The notes beneath the pieces are model-generated. The model did not search any database and was not told where the DNA came from. It worked only from the letters and a program-made list of their open reading frames with translations. A stretch of 60,290 nt of DNA. It comes from Candidatus Amesbacteria bacterium GW2011_GWC1_47_15. Its GTDB lineage: Bacteria; Patescibacteriota; Microgenomatia; CAZETR01; Amesbacteraceae. The translations under genes and the position numbers were made by a program. Numbering within the stretch: the stretch's first letter is position 1; every line of letters starts with the position of its first letter. Shown piece after piece: positions 35,085 to 42,599 of this stretch. The DNA lies in NCBI GenBank assembly GCA_001001375.1, contig LCNU01000015.1, positions 1 to 60,290 of the forward strand, read 5' to 3'.

Positions 35085-35917
35085 AGGGCGACCGGTATCT
35101 TCATTGCAGGGTGGGCTTGATAATCGTGAAGCTGGAAATCTTCCACCCGGTGGTCGAAGATGGTGCCGGAGGGGGAATCAGATATAGTCACACGGGGTCT
35201 GGGGTAAGGTTTCCTTTTTAATAATTCTTTCATAGCGGGTATTTGGAATTCGTAGACGTGAGGAAGGTGAAAGTTTATTGCAAGTTCACCGGGCGGAAGA
35301 CTCAATTCCTTGGCAAACATCATCAGCCAAAGCGCGTGTTGGGCAGTGTCGAAGGGAACGCCAACGCCTATATCGGCACTTCGCTGGTCATAACCCAGGT
35401 TGAGTTTTCCATCAAGGACGACAAAATGCAGATCCAATATGCAGGGCGCGACATCGACCACATTGGTGCAGTCGGGGTTCACCACGTCACCCAGGTTCCA
35501 ATAACTGATAACTGCCTTTCTGGTCCGGGGATCCTTTTTAAGCATATCCAGTACCCGGACAAGCTGGTCGGTTTTTCCGGCAAAATTTCTTAACTGGTAG
35601 CCGTAAGTAGGACCGAGTTCTCCGTTTTTGTACCCCAATTTTTCTTCAGCCGCCTTAGCCCATTTTAGCCAGAGTTTGGAACCATAATTATTAAGCAGAT
35701 CGTATGCATTTGTACTTCCGGACATGATCCACAATTTCTCAGCGACCAATGTGGGCCATGCCTGGCTCATATCCCGGGTAGTGATTAAAGGAAAACCATC
35801 TTCCAAGTTATAACGGACAGTACGAAAAAAAGCATCAATTGATTTTTCCGGTTTTTGGCTCTCACGGTATTTGCCATTAGTGAGTACATCTTCCACCAAG
35901 TCCAGATACTCAATCAT
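35081..35917 (-). CDS. thymidylate synthase (ThyA)-fold enzyme with Asp at the Asn177-equivalent position; predicted (d)CMP methylase/hydroxymethylase
   Basis: 278-aa ORF aligning without gaps to E. coli ThyA in the core. Conserved blocks are DGFPLITTR, LWLKWA, GPTYGYQ, DPRTRK, APC (Cys159), QRSAD and HVY. PFD(190)TAQHAL replaces PFN(177)IASYAL. Confidence 0.9.
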   Translation of the reverse strand: MIEYLDLVEDVLTNGKYRESQKPEKSIDAFFRTVRYNLEDGFPLITTRDMSQAWPTLVAEKLWIMSGSTNAYDLLNNYGSKLWLKWAKAAEEKLGYKNGELGPTYGYQLRNFAGKTDQLVRVLDMLKKDPRTRKAVISYWNLGDVVNPDCTNVVDVAPCILDLHFVVLDGKLNLGYDQRSADIGVGVPFDTAQHALWLMMFAKELSLPPGELAINFHLPHVYEFQIPAMKELLKRKPYPRPRVTISDSPSGTIFDHRVEDFQLHDYQAHPAMKIPVAL

Positions 35918-35992
35918 GAAAGCATATTAAACGCAATAAAAGGAAATAGTCAAGGGATGTATAATCAGCTCCATGGCGGAGGATGAATAGAT

Positions 35993-36232
35993 ATGAGCAG
36001 AGAGCTGGAGTTTAATATTTACAGGCGAGCGATGGGGATAAGATGGCAAGATGATTTAAAACTCGTGGGGCAACTGACGGAAGATTTTTATTTTAAGCAA
36101 AAAAAACGTGGTATTAATATCCCGCAGCCTACGATCATTCTGGGAGCAGATTTGACAGAGTGGGAAATCAGAGCGAAGGGGTCTGCAATGATGAGTGCAA
36201 ACAAGGTAAAAGCGTGGGGGATTAAGGTATAA
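35993..36232 (+). CDS. hypothetical small protein
   Basis: 79-aa ORF between the ThyA-like gene and glyA. Confidence 0.4.
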   Translation: MSRELEFNIYRRAMGIRWQDDLKLVGQLTEDFYFKQKKRGINIPQPTIILGADLTEWEIRAKGSAMMSANKVKAWGIKV

Positions 36233-36233
36233 T

Positions 36234-37367
36234 TTGGGGATGGCGAAGCAAAAAAGGGACAAAACATTTGAATTGATCGAAAAAGAGACACAGCGGCAAA
36301 ACGATACTTTGCAAATGATTCCCAGCGAAAATTACGCTTCAGCGGCCGTACGTGAAGCGATGGGAAGTGTATTTACGAATAAATATGCCGAGGGGTATCC
36401 GGGAAAGAGATATTACCAGGGAAACGAAGTAGTGGACGAATTGGAGAATCTTTGCCGTGAGAGTGGGAAGCCAGCATTACCGGTGAGTACCGCAAGACTG
36501 TGCATTATTTTCTGGACCAAAATGGGGAAGTAGATTGGGAGCAGCTGTACCGGCTGGCGCGGGAGCACAAACCCAAACTAATTTGGTCGGGAGGGACGGG
36601 TTACACCAGGATTTTCCAGTGGGAAAAATATGCCCGGATAGCAGATGAAATCGGGGCGTATTTTGTGGCGGACATTTCCCACATCGGCGGATTGGTTGCC
36701 GGAGGAGTTCATCCGTCACCTGTGCCGTTTGCGCATGTGAGAAAAGGGGAAGAAAAAAGATAGCGAGTTGGAGAGCAAGATAGACAAGGCTGTTTTTCCC
36801 GGAGTACAAGGAGGGCCGCATATGGAAAACATCGCCGCTTTGACCATAGCACTCACAGAAGCCAGCACTCCCGGGTTTGGAACATACGCCAAACAAATAG
36901 TGATAAATGCAAAAGCCCTGGCGACGTATTTATCATTTAACAATTATCATTTGATCGGCGGAGGGACGGAAAACCATATGATCTGGATTGATCTGACGAA
37001 TAAGGGGATTGACGGATGGAGCGCGGCGTGGGCTTTGGAATACGCCGGGATAATTGCCAACAGACAGACAGTGCCGGGGGAGAAAAGATCCCCATATTAT
37101 CCTTCCGGGCTGCGTCTGGGGACGCCGGCAGTAACGACCAGGGGAATGAAAGAGGGGGAAATGCTGTTGATAGCGCAGTGGATAAATAACGTTATATCCA
37201 ATCTTCAATATTCAATGTCCAATAAATATAAAGATATCGGGAGCGATGATAAAAAGAAGGATCAGGTGGCCAGAAAACATTTTAAGCTGGAGATGAAAGA
37301 GGATAAGAAACTGCTTGAGACCGCGGGGGAAGTAAAGGAATTGTGCCGGAAGTTTCCTGTAAAATAG
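36234..37367 (+). pseudogene. glyA: serine hydroxymethyltransferase broken into three frames with two internal segments missing
   Basis: Track ORFs 36234..36533, 36500..36763 and 36768..37367 carry N-terminal, middle and C-terminal SHMT sequence (IPSENYAS...YPGKRYYQG; HKPKLIWSGGTGY...ADISHIGGLVAGGVHPSP; KIDKAVFPGVQGGPHM...). The segment after ENLCRE is absent (~55 aa), and so is the PLP-lysine block (TTTTHKTLRGPRGG). Confidence 0.85.
37197..37223. repeat. CAAT-heptad element inside the glyA C-terminal fragment
   Basis: TCCAATC TTCAATA TTCAATG TCCAAT. It contains the same 12-mer and 11-mer found in topA. Confidence 0.85.
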
Positions 37368-37371
37368 ATGC

Positions 37372-38148
37372 ATGGTAATAATCTTTGACGGGAGAACCTT
37401 TGCGGATAAAGTGTCGGAAAGCATCGGAATCAAGGTTAGAGGGTTGAAGCTGGTATCGATATTCGACCCGGATAATCCCGGGAGTGTGGCATATACAAAG
37501 ATAAAAGAGAAAAAAGCGGGAGAACTCGGGGTAGATTTTGAAAAAATTCAAAAAACTAATGATAAAGAACTGATCAAAAATAAAATTCATGATCTAAATG
37601 CCGATAAAGATGTAAACGGGATAATCGTGCAGATGCCTCTGGGATTCGGGGATGAGGATATGGAAATTGCCGGAATTATAAGCCCGAAAAAGGATGTGGA
37701 CGGACTCAATCCTTATTCCGGAGTGATGCCGGCAACGGTTCGCGCCGTCACGGAAATTTTAAATTCTATTAACGAGGCCCCAGATTCCAGACAAAAATTA
37801 TGTGTCTTAGGAAATTTGGGAATGGTCGGCCGGAGAATGCAGGAAGAGCTGGAAAATACGGGCAAATACGATGTTGAGGGGATGGATAAAGAGGATTTTG
37901 ATCCCGAAAAGATCCGGGAAGCGGACATCGTGATCAGCGCAACCGGACAGGCGGGACTTATAAAGCCAGAAATGGTGAAAGCGGGTGTAATTGCTATAGA
38001 TGTAGGCTTCCCGGTGGGTGATTTCGACCCGGCAATTGCTCAAAAAGCGGCATTTTTTACCCCGGTCCCGGGAGGAGTGGGACCGGTGACGGTGGCGATG
38101 CTGTTTGCCAACCTGGCTGAACTTATTTCAAAGAGAATTAAAAACTGA
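37372..38148 (+). CDS. folD: bifunctional methylene-THF dehydrogenase / methenyl-THF cyclohydrolase
   Basis: 258-aa ORF with YTKIKEKKAGELG, GIIVQMPL, DVDGLNP and PVPGGVGPVTVAML. Confidence 0.9.
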   Translation: MVIIFDGRTFADKVSESIGIKVRGLKLVSIFDPDNPGSVAYTKIKEKKAGELGVDFEKIQKTNDKELIKNKIHDLNADKDVNGIIVQMPLGFGDEDMEIAGIISPKKDVDGLNPYSGVMPATVRAVTEILNSINEAPDSRQKLCVLGNLGMVGRRMQEELENTGKYDVEGMDKEDFDPEKIREADIVISATGQAGLIKPEMVKAGVIAIDVGFPVGDFDPAIAQKAAFFTPVPGGVGPVTVAMLFANLAELISKRIKN

Positions 38149-38151
38149 GTA

Positions 38152-38331
38152 ATGAATGAGTGGAGACATCAGATGCTGCCTGACAAACCTGAGGTAATAA
38201 ACAAGCCTTCGAAGGAGAAAATGCCATTACGTGCAAAAATGACGGGGGCGGCGGTGTTTACGGTATTGATTTTGGCGGCTGCGGCGGCTAACGCTGTGGC
38301 ATACATTATGTATGGACCGACGGGGAAGTAG
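38152..38331 (+). CDS. possible 59-aa single-TM protein
   Basis: I translated it as MNEWRHQMLPDKPEVINKPSKEKMPLRAKMTGAAVFTVLILAAAAANAVAYIMYGPTGK*. It is co-directional with folD and rpsB, and preferred over antisense track ORF 38169..38375. Confidence 0.35.
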   Translation: MNEWRHQMLPDKPEVINKPSKEKMPLRAKMTGAAVFTVLILAAAAANAVAYIMYGPTGK

Positions 38332-38374
38332 TTGCGGTTATGAAGTAAATCCGGTAAAATAGATAAATTGCTCA

Positions 38375-38427
38375 CACCCGTCTTTTCTCCTGATTACTTC
38401 CGACGGGTGGCGGTATAAGGAGAAAAT
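38375..38427 (+). promoter_or_regulatory. rpsB 5' leader hairpin whose loop is complementary to the rpsB Shine-Dalgarno region
   Basis: The stem is CACCCGTC (38375-38382) / GACGGGTG (38402-38409). The loop sequence TTTTCTCCT (38383-38391) is the exact complement of AGGAGAAAA (38418-38426), which lies just before the ATG at 38428. Confidence 0.4.
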
Positions 38428-39210
38428 ATGCGCAGTATTTCATTGCAGGAACTTCTTGAGGCCGGGTGCCATTTTGGGCATCAGGTGAGGCGTTGGAATC
38501 CGAAGATGAAGAAATACGTTTTCGGAGAAAGAGATCACGTGCATATTTTTGACCTGGCGAAGACTAAAGAAGGGCTGGAAGACGCCTACAAATTTTTAAG
38601 GGACATCAGCAGTGAGGGGAAAAAAGTATTGTTTGTAGGGACAAAAAGGCAAGCCGCGGCCACAGTAAAGGCAGCAGCTAATAAAACAGGAATGCCCTTT
38701 ATTACCAAACGCTGGATGGGAGGACTCTTAACTAATTTTTCACAAATTTCCAAAAGTATCCGCCGGCTCTCCGACCTTAAGTCCCAGCGTGAGACCGGTG
38801 AGCTGAAAAAGTATACCAAAAAGGAGCAGCTGCTGATTGACCGGGAGATTGAAAAGCTGGAAAAGTTTTTCGGGGGAGTTGCTGAAATGGACAAATTGCC
38901 GGACGCAGTATTTATCGTGGACACACACAGAGAAGATGTGGCGGTCCGCGAGGCCGTAAGAATGGGCGTACCGGTGGTGGGAATGGTAGACAGCAACGGA
39001 GATCCCGAAATAGTTGACTATGTGATACCCGTAAACGATGACGCAGTGAAGTCTATAGAACTGGTAGTGAATCTGATAACGGATGCTGTGGAGGAGGGAA
39101 TAAAAAGAGGTAAAGAGGCTGAGGCGAAAAGCGATGGAACGGAAGTTCAGCCTAAGCTTAGGACCAAGACCAAGCCTAAGACCAAGAAAGTGGAAAAAAA
39201 TGAAGTTTAA
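38428..39210 (+). CDS. rpsB: 30S ribosomal protein S2
   Basis: LLEAGCHFGHQVRRWNPKM...IFDL...VLFVGTKRQA...RWMGGLLTN. Confidence 0.95.
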   Translation: MRSISLQELLEAGCHFGHQVRRWNPKMKKYVFGERDHVHIFDLAKTKEGLEDAYKFLRDISSEGKKVLFVGTKRQAAATVKAAANKTGMPFITKRWMGGLLTNFSQISKSIRRLSDLKSQRETGELKKYTKKEQLLIDREIEKLEKFFGGVAEMDKLPDAVFIVDTHREDVAVREAVRMGVPVVGMVDSNGDPEIVDYVIPVNDDAVKSIELVVNLITDAVEEGIKRGKEAEAKSDGTEVQPKLRTKTKPKTKKVEKNEV

Positions 39211-39652
39211 TATTGAGGATATTAAAAAGTTACGCGAAGAAACGGGCGCCGGAGTGGCGGACTGCCGGGAAGCGCTGGAAGAAACGGCAGGCGACGTAAA
39301 AAAGGCGAAGGAACTGATCCGCAAAAAAGGCATCGAAAAAGCAGCCAGGAAGTCCGATAGGGAGGTCAAAGCGGGGATGGTATTTTCTTATATCCACCAT
39401 ACAGGGCGGGTAGGGGCGATGGCAGGGCTGGCCTGTGAGACGGATTTTGTGGCTAAGACGGAAGATTTTCAAAAACTGGGACGGGAGCTGGCTTTGCACA
39501 TTGCCGCCAGCCGTCCGAAATCAGTTGAGGAGCTGATGAAACAGGAATATGTCCGTGACCCGGGTATCAGAATAGAGGAGCTGGTAAAAGAAGTCATCGG
39601 CAAGTTGGGGGAGAATATCCAGGTGACGGATTTTAAGGTGGTGGAGGTATAG
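39200..39652 (+). CDS. tsf: elongation factor Ts (short form, 150 aa)
   Basis: IKKLREETGAGVADCREAL (UBA-like N-terminus) and CETDFVAKTEDF. The start is set at MKFNIEDIK, overlapping the end of rpsB. Confidence 0.9.
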   Translation: MKFNIEDIKKLREETGAGVADCREALEETAGDVKKAKELIRKKGIEKAARKSDREVKAGMVFSYIHHTGRVGAMAGLACETDFVAKTEDFQKLGRELALHIAASRPKSVEELMKQEYVRDPGIRIEELVKEVIGKLGENIQVTDFKVVEV

Positions 39653-39656
39653 ATTT

Positions 39657-39902
39657 ATGGAGATTTTGAAGGTATTTACCCGAAACAAAGAGCAGCGGAA
39701 GAAAGCTTTGGGGCAAGTTGCGGCATGGAACCGGTATCTGCAGGAATTGACTGAAGATTATCAAAAGAAGCGTTTGTGGGGAGTAAATTTCTCACGCGAA
39801 AGACAAATAAGAGGCCGGACGGCCATAAGGAAAGTATTTAGAATAAGAAGCGGCGAAGTGAAGAAAGAAATCCAGCTCTGGAGTCTGGAAGCAAAGAAGT
39901 GA
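39657..39902 (+). CDS. hypothetical basic small protein in the position usually held by pyrH
   Basis: 81-aa ORF with no UMP-kinase motifs. Confidence 0.45.
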   Translation: MEILKVFTRNKEQRKKALGQVAAWNRYLQELTEDYQKKRLWGVNFSRERQIRGRTAIRKVFRIRSGEVKKEIQLWSLEAKK

Positions 39903-39914
39903 TAAGATAAGGTT

Positions 39915-40469
39915 ATGGATTTGGATGAAGTAAAGTTGAAAATGGCCAAGGCAGTGGATTTTGTGAAGCAGGATCTGGCAACAATCAGGACCGGAAGAGC
40001 GAGCACTTCACTAGTCGAAAATATCATTATCAATGCCTATGGGGGGACAACGAAATTAAAAGTGGTCGAACTGGCCCAAGTGGCAGTACCGGACAGCCAG
40101 TCGATTACCGTGACACCTTATGACCAATCCATTATCGGCGATATCAGAAGGGATATTGAAGCCGCGAACGTGGGTTTTAATCCGGTGATAGACAACCAGG
40201 TGATCAGGATAAATGTCCCGCCCCTGACCGCCGAAAGAAGGATGGAGTATGTGAAGATGCTGCACCGCAGGCTGGAGGATGGCAGGGTAAAAGTGCGGCA
40301 GGTCCGCCATGAGGTAATGAGCGAGTACAAGAGAAGTGCGGAAGAGGGCAACCTAAACGAGGACGAGCGGGAACGGCAGGAAGATGAACTGCAAAAACTT
40401 ACTGATGAAATGATGGAGAGAATCGAGGAAATAGGTAAAGCCAAAGAAGAAGAGCTGGTGACGATCTAA
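39915..40469 (+). CDS. frr: ribosome recycling factor
   Basis: 184-aa ORF with RTGRASTSLVENI, INVPPLTAERR and a typical charged C-terminus. Confidence 0.95.
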   Translation: MDLDEVKLKMAKAVDFVKQDLATIRTGRASTSLVENIIINAYGGTTKLKVVELAQVAVPDSQSITVTPYDQSIIGDIRRDIEAANVGFNPVIDNQVIRINVPPLTAERRMEYVKMLHRRLEDGRVKVRQVRHEVMSEYKRSAEEGNLNEDERERQEDELQKLTDEMMERIEEIGKAKEEELVTI

Positions 40470-40496
40470 ACCGGGGTAAGTGTTATTCTTTAAGGA

Positions 40497-42119
40497 GTGT
40501 TTGATAAGAGTATTTTAAAATGGCTGGTTTTGCTGTGTGTCTGGTTTGCCTTTTTTGTCAGCATCGGGGTGTACCGGGGCGGCTACCAAGGGTGGTATTT
40601 CGGAGTATGGTTGGGGACCCAGTTATTGTTCCCTGTCGTGACATGGATTTATGAGAAGACCATTTTCAAATTAAATTGGAAAAAAGTATTTACTGCTCTT
40701 CTGATATGCCTGCTGCCGGTACTGTTGAGAGAAACATTAGCCATCCCGGGGCGGATAAACGGGGATGATATTAATACAGCTTATTTTACGGTTATCACCG
40801 ACTGGAGAAGCATAAATATGTTTTCCGGGATTCCCGCCGATAAGCTGAAATGGGTGTCGCAGTTTCCAGTGCCTTTTTTCCTGTTCCAGAAAATATTTTT
40901 CAATGTGTTTGGGGAAAATTTTGACACGGTACGACGATCAGTACTGCCGTATGTCTATATTGTTTCTCTGGGAGTGTATTATATTGCGGATAAATGGTGG
41001 GGGTGGAAAGCGGCAGTCGCAGCGGTGGTGTTTTATGCGTTTCTAGCCCCGAGCATGTATCTGGAGACTTTAGGCCTGCATTTTGTTTCGAGCACGGCAA
41101 TTTTTACAGTATTTGCAGCATGCGTCGTGGCCTTTTTGTACAAACCGGATCGAACTACCGCTGCCGCCGCCGGTCTGGCGGCAGGCTGGTGTTATTTATT
41201 TTATATTACTTCCTATATTGCTCTCGGGGTGTTGGGTGTGGCCTGGCTGGCTGTAGCTGTGAAGAATCCCCGCGACGGTTTCAGGCTGTTTATTTGGAGT
41301 ACTATCGGGGCAATGCTTGTCCTGGGCCCGTTTGTCGGATACGCACTGGGCGTGGACAATTATTTCGGTGTGCGGATGGGGCAGGTAAAGTTTGTGCCCT
41401 CCGAAGCAATATCACCCGCCCGGTCGAGACTGATGCATCTTAAGGCAACCATAAGGTCGATGTATACTCCGGGGATCGGCGGGGCGGGGGGTTACAACTT
41501 CGGTGGTCAGGCTTTTTTGGAGCCGGTAAGCCTGGCCCTGCTGTCTACCGGGCTGATACTGGTTCTTTACCGGACCCGGGGAGGTTTTTTTGTACCAGTG
41601 ACTCTTCTGGGGGCATTTACGGCAGCAGCAGTTTCAGCCTGGCCGCCGGCATTCCACAGGATGTCTCTGGGATTTCCGGCGCTGGCATTGGCGATGGCAG
41701 CATCAGTTCATCATCAAAAAAAGCTGCTTTTGAATGCGGGGTGGTGGTGGGCAGTGGCGGTAATTTTGACATACACTGCAGCTAACCTTGATTTATGGAA
41801 AAAAATGGCTTATGAAACCGGGGTGAACCACGATATATCGCTGGCCCGTCACCTGACGGAAAATTTCCCCGACAGAACCATCCGGATGGCAGCTTTTCCG
41901 GGGTACGTCTTTGAAAGGATGTACCGTTTTTTTCCGGGTAGCAACCGGCCAATTCTGGAAACGGATTATCATGCGAATTTGTTAAACAGATTCACCCCGG
42001 ACGAAAAGTATGTGTATGCCATGATTTACGCTGAAGAATTCGGTCCGAAGTTTCAGGCAATGGACCCGGTAGGGAAACTATACAGGTATTCAGATGTGTA
42101 CAGTATATTCGCCAATTGA
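40497..42119 (+). CDS. polytopic membrane protein, possibly GT-C glycosyltransferase (ArnT/PMT-like)
   Basis: 540-aa ORF with about 11 TM helices and a soluble C-terminal domain. The family call is from architecture only. Confidence 0.7.
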   Translation: MFDKSILKWLVLLCVWFAFFVSIGVYRGGYQGWYFGVWLGTQLLFPVVTWIYEKTIFKLNWKKVFTALLICLLPVLLRETLAIPGRINGDDINTAYFTVITDWRSINMFSGIPADKLKWVSQFPVPFFLFQKIFFNVFGENFDTVRRSVLPYVYIVSLGVYYIADKWWGWKAAVAAVVFYAFLAPSMYLETLGLHFVSSTAIFTVFAACVVAFLYKPDRTTAAAAGLAAGWCYLFYITSYIALGVLGVAWLAVAVKNPRDGFRLFIWSTIGAMLVLGPFVGYALGVDNYFGVRMGQVKFVPSEAISPARSRLMHLKATIRSMYTPGIGGAGGYNFGGQAFLEPVSLALLSTGLILVLYRTRGGFFVPVTLLGAFTAAAVSAWPPAFHRMSLGFPALALAMAASVHHQKKLLLNAGWWWAVAVILTYTAANLDLWKKMAYETGVNHDISLARHLTENFPDRTIRMAAFPGYVFERMYRFFPGSNRPILETDYHANLLNRFTPDEKYVYAMIYAEEFGPKFQAMDPVGKLYRYSDVYSIFAN

Positions 42120-42131
42120 TAAGACTGCCTT

Positions 42132-42359
42132 TTAACGTTTGAAGGTCTTGAGACCCGGGAAAAGCAGACCCGTACCGCACAAAGCCAGCAACAACTCCCA
42201 CGTGTCGCGTGCGTCGGTAAAAGGCTGAAAATCACCGGGGTCGGATAAATAATTTGCGGCGGCCAGAGAGACTAATGCACCCAAAAGATACGCCAAGCCC
42301 TTTAGCCTTTCAATTTGATTTGGTGGGATTTTTGGTGCTTCTGGTTTTTCGGGTGACAC
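42132..42359 (-). CDS. hypothetical small membrane protein
   Basis: 75-aa ORF with two hydrophobic helices. Confidence 0.4.
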   Translation of the reverse strand: MSPEKPEAPKIPPNQIERLKGLAYLLGALVSLAAANYLSDPGDFQPFTDARDTWELLLALCGTGLLFPGLKTFKR

Positions 42360-42414
42360 ACGTGGAATTATAGGTCCAGATTGATGGATTTACTAGGAGT
42401 GTATAATATATGGC

Positions 42415-42567
42415 ATGTCTACTGAAATCAGAAGCGGAGATGTCCGGTTTGACAAGCTGCTGCATAAAAACAACAGGCCGGAATATAAGAAATATTCATT
42501 AATCGGGTTAGCATTACTTGCGGCGGGTTTAATTGCCAGTGTGCTTATTTATCCCGGAAGTTGGTAA
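42415..42567 (+). CDS. possible 50-aa single-TM protein
   Basis: I translated it as MSTEIRSGDVRFDKLLHKNNRPEYKKYSLIGLALLAAGLIASVLIYPGSW*. Below the track cutoff. Confidence 0.3.
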   Translation: MSTEIRSGDVRFDKLLHKNNRPEYKKYSLIGLALLAAGLIASVLIYPGSW

Positions 42568-42599
42568 ACTTTCCCAAGTTTACGGTCTAAATTAAAAAG

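Noticed and set aside
38169-38375. 68-aa minus-strand ORF between folD and rpsB.
   Set aside because: A co-directional 59-aa plus-strand ORF with a clean TM helix occupies the same space. Neither is strongly supported.
39200-39652. Short tsf counted as a seventh deletion junction.
   Set aside because: The ORF is intact and in frame. Short EF-Ts forms may be normal in reduced genomes, so I cannot distinguish these cases without orthologs. It is mentioned only under the pyrH finding.
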